A DNA stretch of 64,000 nt from Patescibacteria group bacterium (lineage in GTDB: Bacteria; Patescibacteriota; Patescibacteriia; UBA1558; GWA2-36-10), in contig JBAYIQ010000003.1 in assembly GCA_041665545.1 (NCBI GenBank), forward strand, positions 3,222 to 67,221, in the 5' to 3' direction. The translations under genes and the position numbers were made by a program. Positions within the stretch are counted from its first letter, which is position 1. Each line of letters opens with the position of its first letter. Of this stretch, positions 1-10,659 are shown piece by piece. Under the pieces are notes generated by a model that did not search any database, had not been told where the DNA came from, and saw only the letters and a list, made by a program, of their open reading frames with translations.

Positions 1-262
1 TCCCTAACTTATCGCTAAATCGCGCGCGATCTAGGGACGCTCTGGTGACATAAAAAATCACCCAGAGCATTAAATAACTGTTCCTTGACTAGAGAGAATT
101 GTGACTGCGTTTTAGGCCTATGGTCACTGTGATTAGAAAGGTCGATCGCCCTTTGGGCGGAGTCCTTTGATTCATAGTTTAGTCTTGCTTTGATCAAGCA
201 GGATGCCTACTACTTACGGCTTTTTTCAAAAGTTTTTGGGACATTATAATTAACAAAGAAAA
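1..262 (+). ncRNA. Candidate structured 5' leader / cis-regulatory RNA upstream of the S-layer-like gene (may begin before the window)
   Basis: Consecutive hairpins: TCCCTA(1-6)/TAGGGA(32-37); GCTCTGGTGA(39-48)/TCACCCAGAGC(58-68); GTGACT(101-106)/GGTCAC(122-127); AAAGG(137-141)..CGCCC-TTT-GGGCG..CCTTT(164-168); TCTTGCTT(183-190)/AAGCAGGA(196-203). GC-richer than the other intergenic regions. Confidence 0.4.
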
Positions 263-3200
263 ATGAATTTATTAAAAAAATTGTTCGTATACTCCGTGGT
301 AATTACCACTGTGTTATGGTCAGTTGGCGCATCTTTTGCACCTTTGGCCGCTAACGCTGCTGGTAGCTACCCAGCCGGCTCACTTTTGGCTATGAAAGGC
401 CAGAGTGGCGCTGCTGTATACTTGATCGGTGCTGATGCCAAGAAATATGTTTTTCCAAGTCAGAAAGAGTATTTCACTTGGTATCCAAACTTTGACAAAG
501 TTGTCAGAGTAACTGTTGCCGAGCTAGATATGTATCCAGACGGTGGTGCTGTGACTGTACGTCCAGGCACCAAATTAGTTACTCATATGAATACTGCCAA
601 GGTTTATGCTATTGAACCAGGCGGAATTTTGCACTGGATCCCAACCGATACCATTGCCAAAGCTTTATATGGTACTAATTGGACCTCACGTTTAGTTGAC
701 GTGATCCCAGGTTATTTCACTTCCTACAAAGCCACTGGCGCTGATGTTTCAGACAAATATGTCACTGGTACTGTAGTCAAGATGGGTACCACCTATTATT
801 ATATTGATGGTACTACCAAGAGAGCTTTTGCCTCTGACGCTGCTTTTACAGCCAATGGCTTGGTAGCCGCTGATGCTGTGGCCGTCACTACCCTTACCGG
901 CTATACTGATGGCACTTCTATCACTGGCGCTGAGACCGCTATCAAGGACTTCACTCCAAATGACACTACAGTTCCAGTAATTGCTGGTAATTTATCAGTT
1001 TCTTTGGCTAGTGACACTCCAGCTTCTGGCGTAGCATATATGAATGCTACCCACGTTGCTTTCACTAAAGTGAAATTGACTGCTGGCAGTAACCCAGTCA
1101 CTATCGATTCTATGGTAGTCAAGAGAACTGGCGTTCCAGCCAGTGATGGCGCTTTTACTGGCGTCAACATCTTGAAAGATGGCGCTATGTTGAGCTCTTC
1201 TTATAAAGCTCTTAACTCCACTCATGAAGCCAACTTCACTGAGGACGTAGTTGTTCCAGCCAATGGTACAGTTTACTTGACCTTGGTTGGTAAGATGGCT
1301 GATGTAACCACCTATGCTGGTGAGACACCAACTTTGTCTTTGACGGGTATTACCACTCTTTCCACTATTACCGGTTCTTTGCCAATCGTAGGCAACGCCA
1401 TGACCACCAATGGTACTATCAATATTGGTGATATAACTATTTCAGAATCCCCAGATTTAAGTACTTTAACTGAAGAAGTTGGTACAGAAAATGTGGAGTT
1501 CTTGAATGTCAAAATGGCTAATGACAGCGCCTCAGCTGATATCCGTGTTGACTCAATCAGATTCAACAATGTTGGTTCAGCTAATGATGCTGATGTTAAC
1601 AATTTAGAGTTAGTAGTTGACGGCAACGTCATTGCTACTGGCTCTATGGTTAGCAATTATGTCAAGTTTGACTTGAGCGCTTGTGGTACTTCTTGTTTGA
1701 TTCAAGATGGCAAGAACGAGACCTTTACCTTGCGCGGCGACATAGTCGGTGGTTCTGGTAGAACTTTGGATTTTGATGTCAAAAGAGCCGATGATATCAT
1801 GGCTTATGATACATTGAACATGACCTATGTTACTCCATCAGCCGCTATTGATGGCGGAAGAACTGTGACTATTAGCCGTGGTATTTTGACTGTCACTAAA
1901 TCCAATGTGGTTCTAGCTGGCAATGTGTCTGAAGCTACAACTGATTTGAATTTAGGTTCTTGGAACTTCAAGGTCCAAGGTGAATCAATAACTATCAGTA
2001 CTATCAAGTTTGATATTAATGTGGAGGGCACAGTCAGTTCCTCTGACTTTACTAATTTGAAATTAGTAAAAGGTGGCACTAGCTTGACAGGTGCTACTGA
2101 TGGCGCTGATGGTTCCACTTCATCCAAAGATGGTGCAGTGACCTTCTCTGACGCCTTTACTTTGCCAATAGGTGATAATGCTATTACTTTAGTTGGTACC
2201 TTGAGTTCTGATGCGGCCAATGCTGACACTGTTCAATTTGGTGTTGACTTTACAGCTGCTTCAACCAATAACTTGGATGCCACTGGTGATGTGACTGGTG
2301 ACGCCATTGCTTTGAGCGCTGTAGCAGCCACTAACTACGCCAATCCTTATGGTGTAGAAATTGATGCTAACTTGATTACTATTACCGACCTAGCCTTATC
2401 AGTGACTACTTTAGGAAGTCCAGCTGGTTCGACAGTGGCGGCCGGCACAGCTGCTCAAACGTTCTCAACCATTCGTTTTGACGCTTCTGCTTCGTCAGAA
2501 AATGTCAAAGTGACTGCCTTTGAGTTTCAATTGACTCCAGCGGCTGGTGGCTACGCCAACCAAATACAGAATATTACCTTCACAGTTAACGGCACTCCAT
2601 TGTCTATCACCAAGAGTGGTACCAGTGCTGTACTAAACACTGCTGAAGAAATTACTGTTTCTTTGTCAGGCGCTGATCAGTTTGTAATACCAAAGGGTAC
2701 AGCCGTGAACATGATTATCAAAGGTGATATATCAGCTAGCGCATCTGCTGCCGCTACATTCAAGATGGATATTACATCCACCAACTCCAATGTAGTGACT
2801 GCTTCTGGTGCTACCTCTGGCAACGATATAGCCGTTGCCGAAGGCACTGCTGTTGCTAATAATATGACCATTGGTACGTCCGGTGGTATTTTGGAAGTCA
2901 GCTTGGCTTCTAACAATCCAGACGCTGCTTTGTTGGCTGGTGGTACAACCGTGTCTTTAGCTAATTTCAAATTCTACGCTACTTCAACTGAAGATGTAGA
3001 GTTAGATTATCTATATCTGACACAAGTTTCCACCGATACTGCTTCTTCTTCATACCTGGATTATGATGAGATCTGGTTTGTGGACGAAGCTGGTACTGAA
3101 ATTGTCGGTACTCGTATGACTCCAACCAGCACCACACCATATATCAACTTTGCTGACAACGCTTTTGTTGTAAACTATTCAGATACTAATGGCGAAATTT

Positions 3201-3967
3201 TGACCTTGAAGGCCAAGCTAGCCACTATTGGTACAGGTTATAATGGTGCCTCTGATCATTATATTGGTTATAAGATCAATGCTACTGCCGATGTAGTGGC
3301 CAAAGGTGATATGACTGGCAATGCTACTGCTGAATATATAAGTACTACCGCTGCTCCAACTGGCAACACTTACTATGTGTACAAGAGTTACCCAATATTT
3401 GCTAGAGTCAATTTGACTGGTGCATTATCCAATGGCACAAAAGATTTGTACAAATGGACTGTAACTGCTGTCAACAATGACCTTGCTTTATACAAGTTCA
3501 TGTTTGATATCGTTACTACAACTGCTATAGTCACAAACTTTTATGTCTATGATGTCACTGGTACAGAAGTTGTCCTAGACGACGCAGCTACTCAAGCCGC
3601 AGGTCCTAGCAGTACTGGTATGACTATTACTACTATCGGTACTTCATGGGATGGTGCTTACCAAACACAAGATGAGGTTGTGGTTTCTAGCGGTACCACT
3701 CGTACCTTTGTGCTAAGAGGCGATGTCACTTTAGCTGCTGCTGGTACTTCCGTATCTGTCAGAATGGCTGGCGACGGAGCCCATGTAGTTGGTACAACTA
3801 CTTTGTTACATAGCGCTACTAACGTTGACGCTGATGCTGAAGATGACTTTATCTGGTCAGATATGAGCGCTTCTTCTCATAGCGATACAACTGTTGACTG
3901 GACCAATGGCTTCTTAGTCTCAGGTTTAGCTAGTCCTTCCACTTCTGCCCAAGTAACTGCTCTATAA
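263..3967 (+). CDS. Large secreted surface (S-layer-like) protein, 1234 aa
   Basis: Sec signal peptide (..APLAANA-A). N-terminal repeated module (GSLL..AVYLI..KKYVFP..YFTWY / RPGTKLV..KVYAIE..LYG.NW) of the kind seen in Parcubacteria-type surface proteins, then Thr/Ser/Ala/Gly-rich beta-sandwich-like repeats. Has its own strong terminator. Confidence 0.75.
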   Translation: MNLLKKLFVYSVVITTVLWSVGASFAPLAANAAGSYPAGSLLAMKGQSGAAVYLIGADAKKYVFPSQKEYFTWYPNFDKVVRVTVAELDMYPDGGAVTVRPGTKLVTHMNTAKVYAIEPGGILHWIPTDTIAKALYGTNWTSRLVDVIPGYFTSYKATGADVSDKYVTGTVVKMGTTYYYIDGTTKRAFASDAAFTANGLVAADAVAVTTLTGYTDGTSITGAETAIKDFTPNDTTVPVIAGNLSVSLASDTPASGVAYMNATHVAFTKVKLTAGSNPVTIDSMVVKRTGVPASDGAFTGVNILKDGAMLSSSYKALNSTHEANFTEDVVVPANGTVYLTLVGKMADVTTYAGETPTLSLTGITTLSTITGSLPIVGNAMTTNGTINIGDITISESPDLSTLTEEVGTENVEFLNVKMANDSASADIRVDSIRFNNVGSANDADVNNLELVVDGNVIATGSMVSNYVKFDLSACGTSCLIQDGKNETFTLRGDIVGGSGRTLDFDVKRADDIMAYDTLNMTYVTPSAAIDGGRTVTISRGILTVTKSNVVLAGNVSEATTDLNLGSWNFKVQGESITISTIKFDINVEGTVSSSDFTNLKLVKGGTSLTGATDGADGSTSSKDGAVTFSDAFTLPIGDNAITLVGTLSSDAANADTVQFGVDFTAASTNNLDATGDVTGDAIALSAVAATNYANPYGVEIDANLITITDLALSVTTLGSPAGSTVAAGTAAQTFSTIRFDASASSENVKVTAFEFQLTPAAGGYANQIQNITFTVNGTPLSITKSGTSAVLNTAEEITVSLSGADQFVIPKGTAVNMIIKGDISASASAAATFKMDITSTNSNVVTASGATSGNDIAVAEGTAVANNMTIGTSGGILEVSLASNNPDAALLAGGTTVSLANFKFYATSTEDVELDYLYLTQVSTDTASSSYLDYDEIWFVDEAGTEIVGTRMTPTSTTPYINFADNAFVVNYSDTNGEILTLKAKLATIGTGYNGASDHYIGYKINATADVVAKGDMTGNATAEYISTTAAPTGNTYYVYKSYPIFARVNLTGALSNGTKDLYKWTVTAVNNDLALYKFMFDIVTTTAIVTNFYVYDVTGTEVVLDDAATQAAGPSSTGMTITTIGTSWDGAYQTQDEVVVSSGTTRTFVLRGDVTLAAAGTSVSVRMAGDGAHVVGTTTLLHSATNVDADAEDDFIWSDMSASSHSDTTVDWTNGFLVSGLASPSTSAQVTAL

Positions 3968-4003
3968 TTTTTATAAAGCAAGTTGTTTAGTTAAGCAGAT
4001 TTG

Positions 4004-4040
4004 AAATAGAAAAGACCCCACTGTGGGGTCTTTTCTATTT
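4004..4040 (+). terminator. Intrinsic (probably bidirectional) terminator
   Basis: Perfect 17-bp inverted repeat AAATAGAAAAGACCCCA-ctg-TGGGGTCTTTTCTATTT directly after the surface-protein gene. Confidence 0.9.
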
Positions 4041-4103
4041 GGGTTTTTTATGTTAAAGTAGAGGGGCATTTAGGCTATTTTATTGGTAATTTATAAACAT
4101 ATT

Positions 4104-4787
4104 ATGCAAAAAAGAAAAAAAATCTATTTATTGTTAGTCGTATTTTTATTAGTAATTGGTAGTCTTTTTGTTTGGTGGTATCAAAATCAACAAAGTAAAA
4201 TAAAAGTAGATTGGGATAGTCCGGACTATGTATTTGATATCAAGATACCAGACGATTTTGATCAGACAAAAAAAGACAGATTAGAGTTGAAATTGACCGA
4301 GGCTCGTAAAGCTTATGCCGAGAAAAAAGAAGATAACTATACTTGGGATATCATTGGCAATATGTATGAGTTTGTTAGAGATTATGATCGCGCTTTGGTG
4401 GCCTATCAGAAGTCAGTTGCCAAACAACCCAAGGACGTCATAGCCATTTTAAATATTGCTACTATCTATGAGGAGCAAAAAAAAGACTACCAAGAGGCAG
4501 AAAAATATTATTCACAAGCCGTTGTTATTTTTCCTCAAATGTCGGATCTCTATCAGCGTTTGGCCAATTTATATTGGCATAAAATGAATAAATTACAAGA
4601 AGCAGAAACAACCTATGTGCAGGGGATCGAGCAAACAAGTAATAAGCCAGAGTTGATTACTAGCTTGATAAATTTTTATGAGAAGACTGGACAAATTGAT
4701 AAACAAAAGGCATCTGCTAGGAAACTTTTGGAGCTATATCCAGATAATGAAGTTTACAAGAAGGATTATGGTTATTTAGTTAAGTAA
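4104..4787 (+). CDS. Membrane-anchored tetratricopeptide-repeat protein
   Basis: N-terminal basic stretch plus TM helix, then TPR-like repeats (IGNMYEFVRDYDRALVAYQK, LANLYWHKMNKLQEAETTY). ATG 4104 preferred over TTG 4083. Confidence 0.8.
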   Translation: MQKRKKIYLLLVVFLLVIGSLFVWWYQNQQSKIKVDWDSPDYVFDIKIPDDFDQTKKDRLELKLTEARKAYAEKKEDNYTWDIIGNMYEFVRDYDRALVAYQKSVAKQPKDVIAILNIATIYEEQKKDYQEAEKYYSQAVVIFPQMSDLYQRLANLYWHKMNKLQEAETTYVQGIEQTSNKPELITSLINFYEKTGQIDKQKASARKLLELYPDNEVYKKDYGYLVK

Positions 4788-4794
4788 AAATGTT

Positions 4795-7029
4795 ATGCAA
4801 AAAATTTTAGAAAAAATATTTATTTATGGATTGATAGCCATTTTATTTACGCCACTACTGATAGGCGATAGCCTGGTTTTTCCATTTATAACTACCAAGG
4901 CCTATTATTTTTATATTGTAGTAGATATTTTACTAGCAGCTTATTTATTGATTTTGACTAAAAAACCACTATACCCCAAGAAGAATAAATATTTTTTATT
5001 TTTTATTATTTTGACATTAGTTGGTTTTGTGTTTGATTTATTTGGGGTCAAGTTTTTAAATAGTTTTTGGGGGAATTATGAAAGAATGATGGGTATCTAT
5101 ACTTCCCTTCATTTTTTGGCCTATCTTTGGTTGTTGTTAAGCGTGTTTAATACTAAAGAAAAATATTTAAAACTTTTTAAAATAAGTCTAGTGATTAGTT
5201 TTTTGGTAGGTATTTATGCTATTTTGCAGAAAATGCAGGTTGTTTTTTATGGTATGTTGAATATAGATGAAAACCGTAGTTCGGCTACCTTTGGTAATCC
5301 AGCATATTTTGCTGGTTATTTGTTGATCTTCATTTTTATGGCGGCTTATATGCTATTGAGATCAAAACAGGATTTGGTTCTTGATCAGCAACTAACAAAA
5401 CAATCAACGATGATTGCCAAGAGTAAAAAATCTGATAAATATTGGTCTTATTTTTATGTTTTATCTATCTTGTTAAATACAGTAATTTTGTATTTTACAG
5501 CTACTCGTGGTGCTTTACTGGGTTTGGTTGGGGGCGCCATTGTTGGGATTATTTTGGTTATTATATTTCATCATAATCGCAAAATAAAAGTAATTGCCTT
5601 GACTTTATTGTTAGTAGTGGCTTTGGGTTTGTCCTCAATATTTATTTTTAAGCAGTCGTCATTTATAAAAAATAATCTTACCCTAGCTCGTATTAGCGAG
5701 ATTAGCATGAATGATGTCACCACTGCGTCTCGTATCAGACTTTGGAAAATGAGCGTCAAGGCAGTTCAAGATAGACCAATTTTTGGCTATGGCGCTAATA
5801 ACATGAGATTGCCACTTGATAAATATCATGATTATAATCTCTTTGAGGATTGGTTTGATAGCTCACATAACAAATTTTTTGACGAATTGTTGGCCCATGG
5901 CTATATTGGGCTAGGATTACAAATAGCTTTTTTTGTAGCACTGTTTATTTTAATTTTAAAAAAAATCAATGAGGATTTATTGGGCAATGCAACATTATTT
6001 GCCTTATTGGTAGCTTATGTTGTACAGGCGATGTTTATTTTCGATGTTTTTATTGTTAATTTATCATTTATACTTATCTTGGGATTTTTATTTTTAAATT
6101 TTACTGACAAAACCCAAACTAATATTCGACAAAAAAAGATTTCAGTTCATTTAGCTGTGCCAGTTATTATTATTATGGTTTTTGTTTTTTCGTATATTTA
6201 TAGCCACGCTATTAGGCCAGCACACAATATTATTTTAGCTGGTAATTTGACGAACAATGACATGAGTACAGCCATTGATATATATAAAAAAGTTGATAAT
6301 GATTTGTTTGCTAATTATGATATTTTTGCCTCAGCTATGGCAAAAACAGCTATGGAAGTTTTTAAAAATAATCAGCAATATACCGATGTTCAGATTCAGG
6401 GTTTTGTTACACAACTGACAAAAGTATACGAACGCGCCATAGAGGATTCCGGAGGGTATTCGTATTTTTATATCAATTTAGCCAAAATGTATCAGATTGC
6501 CTCAGTATCCCCACGTTTAGACTATCTTGATCAATCATTGACTTTGTTGAATACAGCGTTGGTCAAAGCTCCGAATCGTTTAGATATTTATTATGCTTTG
6601 GCGCAAGGATATTTTATGAAGGGCGATGTTGTAAACGCAGAAGATAATTTAAATAAAGCCCTGGCCTTGGGTGTCAGGCAAGGTGAGATATATTATAAAT
6701 TAGCAGAAATAAGGGCCAGAAAAGGTGACCCAGAATTAGCCATGTCAAATATCAATAAATCTATTGAATTTGGTAAAATTTTAACTTTTGAAGAATTAGA
6801 AAGTTTTGCTAAGTTATTTATTGACAGAGAAAGGTGGTCTGAAGCAGTGCAAATTTTTATCAAAATGGATGAAATGCAGCCAAATAGCGCTGATACTTAT
6901 GCCAACATTGCCTTGACTTATAGTAAGTTGGGTGACAAGCAAAAAGCCATTGAATGGATAAATAAAATTTCCGTTCTTGATCCCAGTAAGGCTGATCAGG
7001 TAAAGGAATTCATAAGAGGATTAAAATAA
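4795..7029 (+). CDS. O-antigen ligase (Wzy_C) family membrane protein with C-terminal TPRs; candidate oligosaccharyltransferase
   Basis: Many TM helices; motifs FWGNYERMMG, R..ATFGNPAYFAGY, TATRG, R..LW, P.FGYG, FDSSHN; C-terminal TPRs. Confidence 0.85.
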   Translation: MQKILEKIFIYGLIAILFTPLLIGDSLVFPFITTKAYYFYIVVDILLAAYLLILTKKPLYPKKNKYFLFFIILTLVGFVFDLFGVKFLNSFWGNYERMMGIYTSLHFLAYLWLLLSVFNTKEKYLKLFKISLVISFLVGIYAILQKMQVVFYGMLNIDENRSSATFGNPAYFAGYLLIFIFMAAYMLLRSKQDLVLDQQLTKQSTMIAKSKKSDKYWSYFYVLSILLNTVILYFTATRGALLGLVGGAIVGIILVIIFHHNRKIKVIALTLLLVVALGLSSIFIFKQSSFIKNNLTLARISEISMNDVTTASRIRLWKMSVKAVQDRPIFGYGANNMRLPLDKYHDYNLFEDWFDSSHNKFFDELLAHGYIGLGLQIAFFVALFILILKKINEDLLGNATLFALLVAYVVQAMFIFDVFIVNLSFILILGFLFLNFTDKTQTNIRQKKISVHLAVPVIIIMVFVFSYIYSHAIRPAHNIILAGNLTNNDMSTAIDIYKKVDNDLFANYDIFASAMAKTAMEVFKNNQQYTDVQIQGFVTQLTKVYERAIEDSGGYSYFYINLAKMYQIASVSPRLDYLDQSLTLLNTALVKAPNRLDIYYALAQGYFMKGDVVNAEDNLNKALALGVRQGEIYYKLAEIRARKGDPELAMSNINKSIEFGKILTFEELESFAKLFIDRERWSEAVQIFIKMDEMQPNSADTYANIALTYSKLGDKQKAIEWINKISVLDPSKADQVKEFIRGLK

Positions 7030-7043
7030 CATTCTAGAAATAA

Positions 7044-9050
7044 ATGCCAGATAAAAATTTAATAAATACTATAAAATTTTTCTTGTTTTTGGGGTTATTG
7101 GTGCCATTAATAGTTGAAGGCAATACTATTTTTCCTTTTATTTTTTCTAAAGTTATTTTTTTTAGAATAATTGTTGATATTGCGGTGCTACTATTTTTAT
7201 GGACACTATGGTCGAAAAAAAATAAGCGCCTTACATTCCATTGGCCGGATATATTATTGTTAGTTTTTGTGTTGTGGGCAATCATATCGGCATTTTGGGG
7301 TGTTGATTTGCAGTATAGCTGGTGGACTGGCCAAGAGAGAATGAGCGGTTTAGTATCATTACTTCATTTTGTAGCTTATTTGTATTTGTTAGTCAATGTG
7401 TTTTCAGCCAAGGATTGGCTTTATTTTTTTAGAGGAATTTTAGCAGTAGGAATTATTATTTTTTTGAAGTCAATAAATGAATTGAACATCGGCCAACAAC
7501 GCGCCTCGGGGCCATTGGGCAATCCTATTTATTTAGGAGAGTATTTTCTTTATTTATTTTGGTTTGCTGGCTTATTATTTTTTATTAATAAAAATAAAAT
7601 TGAACGCTGGATAATGGCTATTTTTTTGTTCTTGGGCATTGTTGGTATTTTTATTTCCGGTAGTCGTGGACCATTGATGTCTTTGGCAGTAGCCCTAGTG
7701 CTTTATTTACTGTGGAATATTCTTCATATAAAAAAATTAAGTATTAAATTAGCACTAGTTTTTTTCGGCATTTCTATTGCCACGGTGATTGGTATGGGAA
7801 TTTTTACACCACAAATTGGTTTTATAAAAAACACGCCGATATTAAATAATTTAGCAGAAGTTAAAAATTTTAGTGGGTCATTGGCCAATAGATTCATAGT
7901 TAGTGGTATTGCCTGGCAATCATCTTTAGAGCGTCCTTTTGGTTGGGGCTGGGAAAATTTTCCTACGGCTTTTAGCATCCACTATAAGCCAGAATTATTA
8001 AAACGCGGTTGGGGTGATAGTAACTTTGATTCAGCTCACAATTTATACTTGGATATTTTAGTTGGCGCCGGTTTTGTCGGTTTATTTTTATGGCTAGCTT
8101 TTTTTGCCTTTATTATTTTTTACATTGGGCGTTTGTATAAAAAATCGGCCAACGAAAAGAATAAATATATTTTACTGATGGCTTTTGTGCTTTCTATTTT
8201 AACCCAATTTTTTGTGGCCTTTTTGCATCCCAGTGGTTATTTGCTTTTATTTATATTGTTAGCTTACATAATTTTTTGTATTAGGCAATCAGACAGCAAG
8301 CAGTTTACAATTGATTCACCTAAAATTATAGTCAAAAGTTTAATTATTATTTTTACTTTGCTGACTTTAATTTTTGTTTATCAAAATTTTAAGGCCTATA
8401 GCGAAAATAAAAATCAGCAAAAAGCTTATCGCAACATTGCCTATCAAAATTATACAGAAGCAGAAAATATTATTAAGGCCAGTTGGGGCTCTTGGGGTCC
8501 CTATGAACGGGATATTTTGCGCAATTATACTGAATATATTGAAGGTATTGGCCTTGGTAATCTGCCGCTAGAACTGCGTAGTGCTTATATACAAATTGTT
8601 AAAGATATAGCCTTAGAAACAGAGAAAAATATTGATAAATACAACAAAAAAAGCCCCACAGAGTACGAGTCCATGTTACGTTCTTATGTTATGCTCTGGG
8701 GAGCTGGCGATAAAAATGAGAATAAAATTAACGAAACATACCAAAAATTATTGGCTATCAATGATAAAAATCAGGCAGTTAATTTTACTTACTTCAACTA
8801 TTTGGCTATCAGCGGACAATGGGACAAGGCCATAGTCCTATTGGATAAAGTGATTAGTGATGAACCAGATATTTATTATGCCTATTGGTACAAAGCCAAA
8901 ATTTATCTTTATTTGAAAGATTATCAAAAGGCCTATGATAATTATTTGTTGGCCAAAGACAGGGGTTTTGCGCCTGACGGACTTGCTGATCAAAATTTAG
9001 TTAAATTGTTTGAGCAGTTAAAAGCTAGCTCTACTAGTCAGCTAAAGTAA
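7044..9050 (+). CDS. O-antigen ligase (Wzy_C) family + TPR protein, paralog 2
   Basis: WWTGQERMSG, RASGPLGNPIYLGEY, SGSRG, PFGWGWENF, FDSAHN; C-terminal TPRs. Confidence 0.85.
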   Translation: MPDKNLINTIKFFLFLGLLVPLIVEGNTIFPFIFSKVIFFRIIVDIAVLLFLWTLWSKKNKRLTFHWPDILLLVFVLWAIISAFWGVDLQYSWWTGQERMSGLVSLLHFVAYLYLLVNVFSAKDWLYFFRGILAVGIIIFLKSINELNIGQQRASGPLGNPIYLGEYFLYLFWFAGLLFFINKNKIERWIMAIFLFLGIVGIFISGSRGPLMSLAVALVLYLLWNILHIKKLSIKLALVFFGISIATVIGMGIFTPQIGFIKNTPILNNLAEVKNFSGSLANRFIVSGIAWQSSLERPFGWGWENFPTAFSIHYKPELLKRGWGDSNFDSAHNLYLDILVGAGFVGLFLWLAFFAFIIFYIGRLYKKSANEKNKYILLMAFVLSILTQFFVAFLHPSGYLLLFILLAYIIFCIRQSDSKQFTIDSPKIIVKSLIIIFTLLTLIFVYQNFKAYSENKNQQKAYRNIAYQNYTEAENIIKASWGSWGPYERDILRNYTEYIEGIGLGNLPLELRSAYIQIVKDIALETEKNIDKYNKKSPTEYESMLRSYVMLWGAGDKNENKINETYQKLLAINDKNQAVNFTYFNYLAISGQWDKAIVLLDKVISDEPDIYYAYWYKAKIYLYLKDYQKAYDNYLLAKDRGFAPDGLADQNLVKLFEQLKASSTSQLK

Positions 9051-10232
9051 CCCTAGGTATACTTTTTCAGTCTGTTCAATAGTTTTAGCTAAAGAAAAGT
9101 TTTCTTTGATGTTAATATAATTATTTTCTGCTATAATTTGTGCCTGTTCGGCATTGTTAGTTAGTTCAAGTATTACATTTTTTAAAGATAGAGGATTGGC
9201 CGGTGGTACTAGATAGCCGGTTTCTTTATTTTTTAATATTTCTGGGATGCCGCCGACTTCAGTGCTGATCACTGGTATCTTGGCTAGGCCAGCTTCTAGT
9301 ATGGCATAAGGCAGACCCTCTTTGACTGATGGCAAGATAAAATAATCAAAGCCGAGCAAAAATTTCCAGTCTTCATCACTTGGTTTTATGATTTTTATAT
9401 AGTCAGTAAGATTGTTTTCGTTTAAGTATTTTTTTATATTTACTAATTCTGGGCCATCGCCAATGAAAACAAAACGGTTGTCTTTCAAAAATTCTGGCGA
9501 TTCATCGCGAATTATTTTAATGGCCTCGGTCAAATAGTTGTAACCCTTGGCTTTGTAAAAACTGCCAATAGTACCAAAATATTTATATTGTCCATCAAGC
9601 TTGAGCAAAACTTTGGCTTTTTCTTTAGCCAAAAAATTGTATTGTTCAGAATCAACTCCGTTATGAACTACAACAATTTTGTTGGGCAAGCAAATTTTGT
9701 TGCTAATAGCTGACTGCTTGTCGTAATCTGACACAGCGATAATTCTATTTTGCAGGCCAGCCGAGAATGTTTCGGATAATATGTAGGCCTTGCGAACAAA
9801 TTTGTTTAGTGGTTCATTGAAAACATAGCCGTGAGCCGTGTAAATTATGCGCGCCCTGACATTGAGTGGGTTGAAATTATAAAACATGCTGGCTAGAGCG
9901 CCGATAGCGCCGGCTTTGGAGCTATTGAGATGCAAAATATTATAATTACCCTTGTTTAGTAGTTTGGCAATTTCTTTGGTAGCCAAAAATTCATTACCCA
10001 TATCTATATTGCGAATGAGATATTTTATGGGTATAGTCTTGATGTTTAGCTTGTGGCAAGTATCCAAAAATTGCTGATTGGTATTACTGACTTCGCCATA
10101 GGCAATATGCACTTCGTTGTTTTTGGAGAAGTATTCAGCTAGTTCTAGGACATATTTTTGGGCACCACCCCATTTGGTTTGGGTGATGAGGTAGAGTATT
10201 TTCTTGCCAATAAGTTTTTTTTCTTCAGTCAT
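9042..10232 (-). CDS. Glycosyltransferase family 4
   Basis: KWGGAQKY at the N-terminus, HLNSSKAG, YTAHG, EGLPYAILEA (EX7E). Confidence 0.9.
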   Translation of the reverse strand: MTEEKKLIGKKILYLITQTKWGGAQKYVLELAEYFSKNNEVHIAYGEVSNTNQQFLDTCHKLNIKTIPIKYLIRNIDMGNEFLATKEIAKLLNKGNYNILHLNSSKAGAIGALASMFYNFNPLNVRARIIYTAHGYVFNEPLNKFVRKAYILSETFSAGLQNRIIAVSDYDKQSAISNKICLPNKIVVVHNGVDSEQYNFLAKEKAKVLLKLDGQYKYFGTIGSFYKAKGYNYLTEAIKIIRDESPEFLKDNRFVFIGDGPELVNIKKYLNENNLTDYIKIIKPSDEDWKFLLGFDYFILPSVKEGLPYAILEAGLAKIPVISTEVGGIPEILKNKETGYLVPPANPLSLKNVILELTNNAEQAQIIAENNYINIKENFSLAKTIEQTEKVYLGLL

Positions 10233-10269
10233 ATATTGACATTAGGGCTAATTTTAGCCAATTTATATA

Positions 10270-10298
10270 TTGATTATTTCTTCCGATTCTGTTATAAT
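10270..10298 (+). promoter_or_regulatory. Sigma70-type promoter for the + strand glycan genes
   Basis: TTGATT(10270-10275), 17 bp, then TATAAT(10293-10298) with an extended TG at 10290-10291. Confidence 0.6.
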
Positions 10299-10361
10299 TT
10301 TATAGAATTAATTGATTTAAAGCAAGTATTATTAGCTGAAATACTGATTAGAAAAGTGATT

Positions 10362-10652
10362 ATGTATGGCAAGCAATATTTTGTCTATATTTTGTCTAAT
10401 AAAAATAATACAGTTTTGTACATCGGTATTACTAGTAATTTGTTAGGCCGCATATTTCAACATAAAGATCAAGCAACCAAAGGTTTTACGAGTAGATACA
10501 ATGTAGATAAGTTAGTTTATTATGAAATTTATGAAGATGTTTATGAGGCTATTTCTAGAGAAAAGCAATTAAAGTCAGGGTCAAGACGGAAAAAGGTAGA
10601 TTTAGTAAATAATTTTAATAAACAGTGGGAAGATTTGTGTAATAAGCTATAA
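10362..10652 (+). CDS. GIY-YIG nuclease family protein (UPF0213-like)
   Basis: YFVYILSN..VLYIGITSNL..RIFQHK..FTSRYNVDKLVYYE..AISREKQLK. Real start probably ATG 10362; the longer ORF overlaps the divergent GT gene. Confidence 0.9.
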   Translation: MYGKQYFVYILSNKNNTVLYIGITSNLLGRIFQHKDQATKGFTSRYNVDKLVYYEIYEDVYEAISREKQLKSGSRRKKVDLVNNFNKQWEDLCNKL

Positions 10653-10659
10653 ATATTTT

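Noticed and set aside
15-197. 60-aa minus-strand ORF
   Set aside because: Lies antisense across the hairpin-rich leader and has no recognisable motifs.
901-2970. Several antisense ORFs within the surface-protein gene (and similar ones in other genes)
   Set aside because: Shadow ORFs caused by codon bias of the sense gene; no independent motifs.
10158-10361. N-terminal extension of the GIY-YIG ORF
   Set aside because: Overlaps the divergent GT gene and the promoter; the domain begins at ATG 10362.
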